53,232 nt of DNA. Source: Promethearchaeota archaeon (lineage in GTDB: Archaea; Asgardarchaeota; Thorarchaeia; Thorarchaeales; Thorarchaeaceae). The notes beneath the pieces were generated by a model. It was not told the origin of the DNA and searched no databases. It saw only the letters and a list, made by a program, of their open reading frames with translations. Position 1 is the first letter of the stretch. Every line of letters begins with the position of its first letter. Position numbers and translations under genes: made by a program. The DNA is taken from NCBI GenBank assembly GCA_048939765.1, contig JBHLPF010000021.1, positions 1-53,232 of the forward strand. The letters run 5' to 3'. Shown here in pieces: positions 28,601-39,400 of the stretch.

Positions 28601-31600
28601 GCAGGCCAATGGGGTGATATTGGTTGGAAACAACTATCAGTATATGCGAATTGGACTGGCCAACGCGCAAAGTACGCCAACAAAGTGCTGACCTTCTCAG
28701 TAAGACTCTCTGGAGCCCCGACCGATCTGTTTCTAGGGACCAGTCCCACATCAACGCCTTATGGCGAGAATGTCACATTCACAATAATCTACTGGGATGT
28801 TGGCGCCGACAGCGGAATTGTAAATGGCACTGGCCCATTCGCAAATAACGTCCTCATCTATATCGAAGTAATCACACCCGGCCAGGTATTAACACAGAGC
28901 CTCATGGTGATTACAGAAATCAATTCCATTGGCAGTCCTGGCGAGTATGGGATAGAGTTCAATTCATCCTATCTGTCCGGACTGATTGAATGTCAGCTGC
29001 GGATACATGTCAACTGGACAAAGGGAGCCCTTCCGTTATATGAGAACAGAACCTTACTACTCAGCGTCTTTTCCACCTACAGGCAGACAGTTGTCAACTG
29101 GAATCCATTACCAGTCACCCCTTACGATGAGAAGGTCAACCTCACACTGACCTTCAAGGATGTACTGTCGGACAGCAATATCCGTAATAGCTCAAGTCTT
29201 CTGATTACGACACCCGGCTATGCTTTCACAGTCTATTATGACGGTGATGCCACTGGCATATTCTTCATAGAGGTTGATACATCGCTCTTCTTATCAACGG
29301 GACCGCATTCGTTTCAAGTGAGTCTTGTATGGTCAGGTAGTCCATTCTATCAGAATCGTACGGTTGACATTCTCATCAATGTGCGTGAACGATATACATC
29401 GCTAACGCATGGCGTGTACTCACCGGTTGAATTCGGCAACAATTTGACCTTGGTATTCACATACACTGATCAGGATGATCTCACATCACTCGGAATGGAT
29501 GGAGGGACTCTCACAGTCACGGGAATGGCTGGGCTCTACGATGTCACAGACAATGGCGATGGAACTTACACTCTTGAGTTAAGGACCAATGGCTTCCCAT
29601 CGACTGGAACTTTCATTGTCAACGTTTCAATTGCCTACGGGGGAGCCAGGTTCTGTGCTGATGCTATTGATTTCTTCTACTTGACCATTCAGGCTAGACG
29701 TACCCAGATGACTAGTGAGCTTCCAAATCTTGCACCATTCCTGACTCAAGCTAACATAACTGTTCAGTACATCGATGACAGCACTGATACGGGAATTGAA
29801 GGAGCTCAGGTATTCGCGTACTGTGCAACGTCTTCACAGCCTCTTATGCAAAACACCAACTACCGGGTCGATGACCTCGGCTCTGGCTACTACAGAGTCC
29901 GCATATCAACTGTTGCCCTTGGCAATTTCGGTCGATATACAATTGAAATCACGGCAAATTGGACTGGCAGTCCCTTTTACCTGGAACGAGTCCGACTTGT
30001 GGATATTGAGGTTTCAAGAAGACCTGTCAGCCTGAGTGTTTCAAAATCACCACTCAACACACCCTTCCTTGAGAATGTGGAGTTCGAATTGACAATAGCC
30101 GATTCTCTTGATGGCTCTCCATTATCACTCAACAAGAGTGTGCTCATACTCACACATAATGGAGGCACGCTGATTCTGGATTCAGAATATAGTATCAGTG
30201 GTGCCAATGGTGTCTATGTAATATCAATCAACTCAACGGTGCTTACGTCTGTTCTGGTTTCAGGTCATCCGTTATTTGTGAAGTTCTTCTGGGGCGATTT
30301 GACTCCATATTATGCGAACGCAACAACATCGACTGCAGTCGACATCAATGCTCGCTTCACACAAGGTCGTGTGCTTACAACCCCTGGTGCCTTCTATTAC
30401 TTCAACTTGAGTGCCATCATCGAGTTCAGTGACTACCTATCTGGCAATCCCATCCCTGGTGCCGTGGTGACTTTCACATGTGTCAATGATTCGGTATTCT
30501 CAAGTTGGATTGTTGACATGGGCGATGGACGTTACAAAATAATCGTCGATACAAACGATCTTGAAGATGGCATAGGTCGTTACTATTTCAGTGCCGATAT
30601 CACATGGTCTGGGTCTCCATATTATGAAGACGTCATTGGAGTGGAGTTCAGTGTGCTAGTCAATCCGGTTTCAACTAGTCTGAATTTCGTCCTACCTCAA
30701 GGAGTCACATACTATCTTGGTGACCTAGTAGTTGGTAACATCACCTTCACCAACATCAACGAAGGTCAAGGCATTGATGGAGCCACTGTTGTTAGTGATT
30801 GGACAACCCTCTGGGGAACCGTGCACACAATCACTCCACTTGGAAACGGCATCTACAGGATGGAGATTGACACATCAGGACTCAATGCGCAAATCTACAC
30901 TTTCAGCATTAATGCTTCAAAATTCCTGCACCTAAGCAGGTCAGTCACAGCTGACATTCTCTTGGCAGCTATCCCTGTTGAAATTGATTTAGTCTTCTCA
31001 CCTACTGACCCTGTTTGGGGTGATGTGCTTGAGTTTAGTGCTGATGTCACTGATGCTCGAAGCGGAGCCCCAGTCTTGGGGGCAAGTGTAAACCTCACCC
31101 TTTATGGACAAACACATACTATGCCCGAGATCGGTGGAGGAATCTACAATGTCACTGTTTCTACAATGGGCCTTGTTAGTGGAGAATACACCATCAGGGT
31201 CGAATCTTTCCTATTGAACTACGAAACTAGACAGAGGGATTTCCAAATTCGGATAGACAAAGTCGCAGCGAAAATTCTGGCCTCCCTGGACCCACAAGTT
31301 GCAGTGAATGGGGAAACGGTGACTATTGAGGCTGAGTATTTGATCCTATCAAACAGTACGGTAATAGACATCGGAGTAGTGCAATATAGCTGGATCGGAG
31401 GTACAGGTATCCTGACATGGGTACCTGCGCAGCAGAAGTATATAGGCGAGATGATTGTTGCCAATGCGGCTGTAGGAAATCACCAGATTCTGATTCAAGC
31501 AAGCTCTTCAATCTACAAGAGTGTAAGCACCCCAATTACCATTGAGATTACTGAGATAACTACCGCACTCTCTGCATATCAAGATGTAACAGTTTTGTCA

Positions 31601-33406
31601 GCAGTTTCTGGTGACACTGTAAATGTAACCGTGTATTTGGAGAATGTAGATCTCACAGGGCCTGTACTTGGGGCATCGCTTACCTACGGAATATCGACAA
31701 TCAATGGTTCCCTTACTGAGCTGGGGAACGGTTTCTATACAGCTCAAGTTCCAACTGGAGCACCCCTTCAGATAGGTGACTGGATTCTTACTGTATCCAG
31801 CTTCATTGATGGCTATACTCCAGCGTCGATGCAGTTCACCATTACAATTCTCAAAGTGTCTACGGCTGTCATTCCGATTAGTGATGTACTGCAGAATGGA
31901 TACTACGGAAACAACTTGACGTTCCTATTGAGCTTCAATGACACCTTCAAGAATATTGGAATAACTGGTGCACTGGCAACATATGTGCTAGAAGGTAGGG
32001 GTGGCACACTTGCGGAAGTCGGTGGTGGAGTCTACTCTTTAACCATCAATACCACCTGGGTTACAGCTGGGCTAATCTCCCATGATATCTCTGTAACCTT
32101 CCAAAAGAATCTCTATGACTACGCCTACAGTGTTGTTAAGTTTGTATCAGTACCAATCTCCACTGAGGTTATAGGGTCTGATTCCGCGACTTTTCCGGTT
32201 GGTGACGACTTCACTCAGATGTTCCAGTTTAATGATACTCTAAACAATGAGTTTCTGGTGGATGCATCTGTTACAGCCTTCTGGGAGTTTGGTTCTGCTC
32301 CACTCCTTGCGTTGGGCAATGGATCGTATAGATTCGGTCCCACAGAGGCTGGCTTTAGCAGGCTGGAAGTGAGAAGCGAACCCTATGCACTTAGGATTTT
32401 ATTCAGCAAAGCTAACTACTCAACACAGCAGCTGAACTTCGAACTCACGATTCGCGAGATTGCGACTTCAATGATATTTGAACCTCTACCTCCAAGCATC
32501 TATGTCGGAGATCCATTCTATGTCCGCATCACATACATGGATGACGATCATGGTGTTCCAATCATCGACGCAATCAACACAACTATTCCCCTAGAGAATG
32601 AAGCCAGTCTTGCCATGGTTTATCCCAATGGTACGTATGTATTTGCTTTCGTTCCAAGTGCGGTTCGCTACTATGAGTTAGTCATCACACTTGAAAAAGA
32701 GGACTACCGGAAGGGTGTCTTAACTTTGGATATTTACTCTGTGTTCTCTCCTGAAACCCAGGCCATGTTTCAGACATTCAGCTATGCAGGCTTCTTGTTG
32801 ATTTTGGTTGCAGGTCTGGCGGCTGCATATGTGAGAGTCTGGTCTGTTCCGAAGCTTCTCAGAATCATTAGACGTATGGTTTCATTGCTCGGCAAGGGGC
32901 AAATTCCACCGGCTGCAAAGGTCCGTAATAGAAGAACATACCTCCTAGGTGTGATGAATGAGGATTTGGAGCCTGTTGGCATCAAGAAGACTATGCAGGA
33001 TGTTGCTGTTTCTACAGTCGAGGTAGAAGCCCTAGATGTTGAACAGCTACTAGAAGAGCTGCAGGTTGTCGTCGGCCTGAGCAATGACGACATAGCCGTT
33101 CTCAGGAGTGACCTTGAAAAGATGCGACCCAGCGAGCGTGCAGGGTTCATTGGAGAGGTCATCCGACAGGAGAGAGCAAGGAGAGCTCGCGAATTGGCCG
33201 AGGTTGAGGTGCCAGCTGAGGCACCTGGCGAGGTTTCAGAGGCTGAACGTAAGCTCACGGAGGAAGAGCTTGAGCATTTGAAACAGGAGCTCATCAAGAT
33301 GGGAATAGAACCATCCGAAGCGGATCTCATGGTGGAGCAAGCAAGATCGCTGACTAAAGCGGAAATAGACGCACTGCTTGATCAAATAGGAGGTCTGAAA
33401 GAATGA
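25682..33406 (+). CDS. Giant single-pass surface protein A (signal peptide, beta-rich head, many Ig-like repeats, TM helix, ~185-aa helical cytoplasmic tail)
   Basis: Open frame of 7.7 kb. Likely start is ATG 25682 after GGAGGAG. Repeated D/N-x-G-x-G-x-Y-x-hydrophobic motifs roughly every 100-115 aa, abundant N-x-S/T sequons, TM helix at about 32770-32840. Confidence 0.85.
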   Translation: MHSRRTLSFTILLLPILLLSTFGGHNIIGQDAESSRLVDIGGGQTIEVQSDEVLRSYSLSDSPLAREGVGSPLNGSEYGTRTDSFTDIELTYETSNTTTSDTTSVPLGPLWEGTTISTSISDLQENRTWLTNPGFDSDTDWTLGTDDVGIYINTLDTSITGGVVSFTQSGYDTGTWFRHDLGDRCYAEQGISTNSGEVTWVGVSLDYWVDDNWGGAPVGFWELYVQVGSADVVANHLWDMQFSDVLAQTTWYSTGLVEANASLIASSDFTLQVGMRTTRSFGCRPQLNPEVQMDNVRVFVKSRVYPSQVNLQMNGLGVGNVSDGLGGWLWSIGTATEVPQTPLIGNYVNSTFTWTPTPVNPDPNEVIRVSFSVEMTVYARKLNASSLYQAEVSSYGDHFSVTNGSQVQWESYYFVAVPNGYSNLYFFNLTKETTRTFDMVSEPRYPGSDFVYWTQDSASVNVSVYEGITDTYQNGFWKLKGHSSNMIQDLRMWTGSSWDTTFTYRANANVRFQAQLGSAFNGAVVSFSIYDTSGALWDSLEATVVGGFAETADVNLDALTAEVGQWTVEAFTNDSISGGPIHDVGLYGREFTIQHATDMYVTYPRQSQINWMRNLTYGQDMLLQLRVNDSDNGDLLPGGAATYNWTSGLNPLNDMGTGEYSIVLNTADLGTPGRYAITLTWSHAYYDSILETFVINVIEETSLSSPDAPGLTVPRSWDASFELIFADSRDAGISGATILCNWTDSSYSVVPAPGEPGNYTLTITTPNTNLGTYAVIVTAQKDFYVTASITLFVEVRQLFTSVSTSRSVVYLPIGFQESVSLTVWDTDHDLPITGAESSIVCNWSESHVLGEQNYTVTMTSPGVYDVVFFSTETDFLQSYDVVFDVSRFGYQNHTLSITVIVTSHLTLLSLDNPVAPTPYTGTILINVTYFDGSTLSGIIGSEVLIYVTSPVVEPLSYSVYNGSIAGQYIIAVPAGQWGDIGWKQLSVYANWTGQRAKYANKVLTFSVRLSGAPTDLFLGTSPTSTPYGENVTFTIIYWDVGADSGIVNGTGPFANNVLIYIEVITPGQVLTQSLMVITEINSIGSPGEYGIEFNSSYLSGLIECQLRIHVNWTKGALPLYENRTLLLSVFSTYRQTVVNWNPLPVTPYDEKVNLTLTFKDVLSDSNIRNSSSLLITTPGYAFTVYYDGDATGIFFIEVDTSLFLSTGPHSFQVSLVWSGSPFYQNRTVDILINVRERYTSLTHGVYSPVEFGNNLTLVFTYTDQDDLTSLGMDGGTLTVTGMAGLYDVTDNGDGTYTLELRTNGFPSTGTFIVNVSIAYGGARFCADAIDFFYLTIQARRTQMTSELPNLAPFLTQANITVQYIDDSTDTGIEGAQVFAYCATSSQPLMQNTNYRVDDLGSGYYRVRISTVALGNFGRYTIEITANWTGSPFYLERVRLVDIEVSRRPVSLSVSKSPLNTPFLENVEFELTIADSLDGSPLSLNKSVLILTHNGGTLILDSEYSISGANGVYVISINSTVLTSVLVSGHPLFVKFFWGDLTPYYANATTSTAVDINARFTQGRVLTTPGAFYYFNLSAIIEFSDYLSGNPIPGAVVTFTCVNDSVFSSWIVDMGDGRYKIIVDTNDLEDGIGRYYFSADITWSGSPYYEDVIGVEFSVLVNPVSTSLNFVLPQGVTYYLGDLVVGNITFTNINEGQGIDGATVVSDWTTLWGTVHTITPLGNGIYRMEIDTSGLNAQIYTFSINASKFLHLSRSVTADILLAAIPVEIDLVFSPTDPVWGDVLEFSADVTDARSGAPVLGASVNLTLYGQTHTMPEIGGGIYNVTVSTMGLVSGEYTIRVESFLLNYETRQRDFQIRIDKVAAKILASLDPQVAVNGETVTIEAEYLILSNSTVIDIGVVQYSWIGGTGILTWVPAQQKYIGEMIVANAAVGNHQILIQASSSIYKSVSTPITIEITEITTALSAYQDVTVLSAVSGDTVNVTVYLENVDLTGPVLGASLTYGISTINGSLTELGNGFYTAQVPTGAPLQIGDWILTVSSFIDGYTPASMQFTITILKVSTAVIPISDVLQNGYYGNNLTFLLSFNDTFKNIGITGALATYVLEGRGGTLAEVGGGVYSLTINTTWVTAGLISHDISVTFQKNLYDYAYSVVKFVSVPISTEVIGSDSATFPVGDDFTQMFQFNDTLNNEFLVDASVTAFWEFGSAPLLALGNGSYRFGPTEAGFSRLEVRSEPYALRILFSKANYSTQQLNFELTIREIATSMIFEPLPPSIYVGDPFYVRITYMDDDHGVPIIDAINTTIPLENEASLAMVYPNGTYVFAFVPSAVRYYELVITLEKEDYRKGVLTLDIYSVFSPETQAMFQTFSYAGFLLILVAGLAAAYVRVWSVPKLLRIIRRMVSLLGKGQIPPAAKVRNRRTYLLGVMNEDLEPVGIKKTMQDVAVSTVEVEALDVEQLLEELQVVVGLSNDDIAVLRSDLEKMRPSERAGFIGEVIRQERARRARELAEVEVPAEAPGEVSEAERKLTEEELEHLKQELIKMGIEPSEADLMVEQARSLTKAEIDALLDQIGGLKE

Positions 33407-36400
33407 AGCCATCAATGAGATTGACCCTGGTTCTGGTATTGGCATTCATGCTTGCCTTTGGAGCGTCAGGCCCAACTGCTTTCAACCTCAACTCGTTCAG
33501 CAGAAACGGCCAGAATACGAATCCTACTGCAGATTCCATGCAAAGCCCATTAGGCATCGAAGATAGAGCGTTCGCACTGTCTGAGCAGGGAATGGTGACT
33601 TGGCAAGGTACTTCATCAGGAATTCCTGCTATGGCATATGGCAATCGAACAGATATCCATCTAGACAACCAGATGCTCTATTCTCCAGGTACTGGTACAA
33701 CTACCGAAACCTCCGTTTCCATTCCAATGGGGGATGATTGGGAAGGTCATGAGTTATTTGTTGAGGTATATGATTTAACGGAGAATCGTACCTGGATACA
33801 AGACCCTGATATGGAGAGTAGTCCTTCAACATGGACACTTGGGACAGTACCAGTTGGAGGTGGTGCACAGCCTTATGCAAATTGGTTGACTGACGGACAT
33901 GGTGCCGGTGACGATTGTGCACAATTCGAAATGTATGACCCGACGCCTCCTGGAGATCCATCAGTAGGAGAAAGAGCCTACGCTAGGCAGAATGTGGCTG
34001 TGAATCGCGGAGATGTGGTATGGGCTGGTCTTCGTCTGGATTATTGGATAGACTCAGCGTGGGGAGCTGATGGCTTTGTTGCAGTATATGTTGCTGTGGA
34101 AACGAACGACTACACACAAAGGGTATGGCAGAAGTCCTTTGCTGATGTAGATTTAGCTCAAACATGGTACGATAGTGGCCTTGTGGTTTTGCAGGACCTC
34201 TCGACCTTTGACCTTTCTGATGGACTCGATATAGAAGTTGGCCTCTATAGTCAACAAACCGTAGACTACCAACCAGATCTCGAACCGGAGGCAAGAGTCG
34301 ATAATATCCAGCTCTACATTATGACTCTAACAGATCCGAGTGACCTAAATCTACAGGTCAATGGGCAAGATGTGGAGGATTTCATGACTGGAGGTTCTTC
34401 AACGCCAGGTTTGGGAAATATGACTCAGATACCTGTTCCTTCGTGGACAGCATCTCCTGTTGAAATAAATGTAACCTGGACACCGATACCTTCCACACCT
34501 GACCCAGATAGGGAAATTCGAGTGGACTTCAACATCATGACAAACCTCTATGCAAGACATGTGGAAACAACAGTTACTACACAAAATCCAACTGCATTTG
34601 GTGATATCTTCACAGTTGAAAATGCCACTGACGTGGATTACCTGACTTGGTTCAACGCTGATATTCCACCCGGATACGACAACAGATACTTCTTCAACAT
34701 GACACTTCCAGAAGGGCGCGACGTCTTCTACGTAGGATCGCCTCTCCTGACCTCAGAAAACATAACTGATTGGGATGAAGGTCATGGTCCAACCTGGTTC
34801 GCGAATATATCCGCATTTAACTATCCTGACAGATGGGGCTATTGGTTGATTAAGAGTACTGGGCCGAATATGATATCCGATGTCTTAATGTTCGATCCAT
34901 CCACCCGCTCGAACTCAAGGTTCCTTGACCTGCGTGCTGGAGATACTGCGAAGCTAGTCACGCATTTGGACCCAGGCTTCGCTGGTGTCGATGTGAATCT
35001 AACAGTCTATTCACCATCAGGGGCAATTTGGTACACAACTCTGGCAACGGTGAACAGCACCGGATATGCAGAAACCCCTGTATTGACCTTCGGACAGAAC
35101 GCCACCGCTGGTAGCTATGTCCTTGAGGCCTTCTGTGGTAATTCAATAGGTGTGACCGCATGGAATGAAACTGGCTTCTTCAGACGTGCATTCAAGGTTG
35201 TTCATGCTTCAAATTCAGAGCTTCTCAACCCCGTTGATGCACAGGTTACATGGATAACAAATGTGACATATCCCGATCTATTCCTTGTCAGAATACGTAT
35301 CAATGACAGCGATATACTTGGAGTGACTGTACCAGGAGGGCAGATGTCATGCAACTGGACAACTGGTCCTCAGGCTTTTGGAGATGCTGGAAACGGGGAG
35401 TACATTATAACACTTGATTCCGGTGACCTACCATCGAACGGCATCTGGATTATAGAAATCACATGGACTCACCCGCACTTTGATTCCATAGTTGATTACT
35501 TGACAATCAATCTGAACTACGATGCAACGTTCGTACTTGAGAACCCTGAATCACCTGGAATTTCAGTGCCCAAGAATTACAACTCTAGCTTCCAAGTTAG
35601 ATTCGAGGATTCGACGGGGAATCCAATTGACTATGGACGTGTGGACTGCAACTGGACAAGCTATTACACTGTCAATCCTGTCCTAGGTTCGCCGGGGAGT
35701 TACCTCGTCTGGCTGAATACGACATTTGTGGACATGGGTGAATATGTCGTGGAAGTCACCGGCAAAGCCAATTTTGTACTTCCACAGCGATATCTCATCT
35801 ATGTGACCGTGAGAGAACTGAATACTAGAGCCACTTATGTCCAGAATGTGCTTGAGATTCCAGTTGGCGAAGCTAGTTCATTCACAGTAGATTGGATGGA
35901 CGCAGATCATGACATTCCTCTGACAGGACTAAATGATTCAATTACAACTACTTGGACAGGAGCTTATGCAGTGAATGAGGTCTCACCTGGCCTTTACAAC
36001 ATCACAGTTTACACATCGGATAGCGATGCTCCAGGCAATTATTCGGTATCAGTCAGTCTCTCCGGATACCTAATGAGAAATCAGACGTTCACAATATCTG
36101 TTGTCATTAGGTCTCATAGTACACTATTCACTCTAGACGAACCACTCCAGCAGACTCAATTCAATGAACAGGTGATGTTGCTGGTCTTCTTCCAAGATAC
36201 TGACTTGCAGGTCGGTATCACAAACATCACTGGAAACGTGCGGATTACCATCACTTCGCCAGAGATTGGAAATGTCCAATTCACATTAGTGGGCTCTTCA
36301 CTTGGTGATGGGCATTACAACATGACTATTCCCAGCACTCAATGGGGCAGCGCGGGATGGAAGAATCTGACAATATCAGTTTCATGGAACGGAGCCAAAT

Positions 36401-39400
36401 ACACAGGTCAATCCTTCAGCACTCAAGTGCGTTTGACTGGGACGGCGACAGACATTTTCCTAGACCAAGCTCCTACTGCGGTCTATTTCCTGAATGAATT
36501 CAGCTTCTCTGTTATCTACTATGACGTGACAAATACAACGAACATATCAAACGACACACTCAATGTCATGCTGAAAATTGATTCACTTACAGCAGGACAC
36601 CCTGTTACTCAGAGTGATTTCATTGTGACGGAAACAGGAGTTGGAACGGGGATATATGAATTCAGATTGGACAGCGCGCAACTGGACTCCACTGGTTCAT
36701 TCATATTCCGCATCGGATTCATGTGGCCAAAGGGAGTATCACCTCTATATGAAAACCAGACCATGACTGTTACCCTCGTGGTGCTTCAGAGACCCACATA
36801 CATCGACTATATTCCAGTGCCATCGACACCCTATGGTGAGCTCGCTGATCTGGAATTCAGCTACATAGACTTCCTGACAACTACGCGCATTGGTGACTCT
36901 CCTCAGATGTCAATATCTCTAATCAATGGAAGTGTAGGCTATTCCTATTCATATGACTCAGGTGAGATGTCCTTCCTTCTTCGAGTTGATACATCAACAT
37001 TGGCCGGAATTGGGAGTCACGTTCTAGTCTTGAATGTCACTTGGATCGGTTCACCGTATTACACAACCACTGTGACGTTGGTGTACACAGTTACAGTAAT
37101 CCAGAGAGCTACCCAATTGACGCATGATTCATTCGCTCCTGGTCAATGGGGCAACAACGTGACTATCCAATTCACATATACAGACCTAGTGGCTGAATCT
37201 TCTGCAGGAATGACTGGAACTCTCACATTGAACGCATCCCTAGCTGGATGGTACACGGTCGTCTATGCAGGAAATGGACATTATCTTGTAACTGTGAACA
37301 CATCTGGAGTTGGAGCCGATGGCCTCTATACGATTGTAGCCAGTATTGATCACACCCAGCCAACATTTGCCAGTGCTATTGACACATTCGGCTTTTCGGT
37401 GCTTCAGCGGTCTACGCAGTTCGGATATGAGAGTCCAGACCCAGCCCCATATTTGGAGAATGTTTCTTTTGTAGTCACATACATTGATGACAGCACAGCA
37501 AGAGGTGTCAGCGGAGCATCAGTCATTGTAGATTGCAGCAACTCCACGTTTGTACTCGCGTTGAATACAAATTACTGGGTAACATACCTCGGATTAGGGC
37601 AATATCTCATAGAAGTAGAAAGCACTGCTCTAGGGAATCTAGGAACATATGTCCTGAGTGTATCTGTATCTTATTCTGGCGCGCCCTACTACCTTCCTGC
37701 GAATAATGATGTCACCTCTAGAGTGGTTGAGAGAACAACGCAGATTCTCATTATTCAGACTCCGGGTGAAACGCCATTCCTCGAGAATGTGACATTCCAA
37801 TTCAAGTTTGAAGACTACATCACTGGAATGATTATTCCTATCGACAAGTCGCACATCACCTTGTCACACGGAGTGGCAGAAACTCCTATCACAATGGGTG
37901 AGTACTCCTTGTACGACTTTGGAACACATTATGAGATTAGCTTCAATTCTACCGTTCTCAATCCTACAGACCTTGTTGTCGGTGAAGCGATTCAACTTGA
38001 GATTGACATAACTGGTGCTCCTCCCTATTATGCACTAAGAAGCACTAATACCATAGCCACTACAACTGAAAGGTCCACGCAGATACTCTTCCCACTGATT
38101 GAAGAAGTACCTTATACTGACAACTTTACGATTGAGCTCGACTATATTGACTTTTTGACTGGTCAAGGTATCGAGAATGCACAGATAGAGTTGACAAGTG
38201 GGAATTGGACTGGCTCACCATATCAAGTCGTAGAATTGGGCAGCGGCTCATATGAAGTCTACATCAATTCAACCGTCTTCGGTGGCATTGGCACTGTCTT
38301 CTTTGATATCCTAGCCAGCAGGGAAGGAGTCCCATTCTACTCCTCTAGGCTCGCTACTGGTGTACCTGCAAGCATACGAGCAATCATCACTTCTCTCGTT
38401 GCAGAGGCGCCTCCGCCTGGTTCGACAGCGGTTGGTGTTCCAATCAATGTCACACTGATTCTCATGGACTTCGATCATGATATACCTCTATCTGGCGCTG
38501 TTATCACAACTGATTGGACTTCTCTGTATGGAACAAGTTATACACTCGTTGAGGAAGGCAGTGGCGTCTACACCCTAACGCTCAACATGATTGGGTTAAT
38601 AGCACAAGATTACTCGTTCACAGTCACAGCCCAGAAGACACTATATCAAGACTCAAACGTCGTTGTTTCAGTTACTCCCGGAGCTTCAACTTTCGCACTC
38701 GTTCTTCATAAGACTGCAATCTATGCGCTCTGGGGTGAGGTTCATGACATCCGCATTGACGTGAGAGAGAGCTACTACTACAGTCTTATTCCCGGGGCGA
38801 ATGTGACTCTCCTCTGGAATAGCACCTTATACTACTTCACCGACTTGGCAAATGGTACATATTCGCTAATGCTTGACACATCAAATGAGAACTTTGGCGT
38901 TTACAATCCGCAGATATCCGTATCAAGGCAATACTACCAGACACGTCAGACTAGTCTTGCTCTCGTGGTATCAAAAGCACCAGGTCAAATTCTTAGCGAG
39001 CAAACAGTGTTTGATGTGGTTGTTAACACAACGCGCGTCTTCATCATCTACCTCAATGACACTATCACGGATTCTCCTGTTGTTGCCTCATCAATTACTA
39101 TGGAGTGGAATAATACCGCCTATCCTCTTGTTTCAAATGGAACCCCTGGTTTCTATATTGCAAGCATTGATGCCACAGGGTTTGCATTGGGTCCGTATGA
39201 AGCGGTGATCAGTGCGGCTTCCTTGAACCATGTATTCCTTGATGCAATTGTAGATATCAACGTAGTTCCTATTCCAACGAATATAGGGTTAGTGAGCGGT
39301 GCAGCAGCATTGTTTGTGGTGCGAGGTGCAATGCTCTCAATTCTTGTTGAATACAATGATACGTACTATGGTGGATATGTTCCTGGCGCAAATGTCACAT

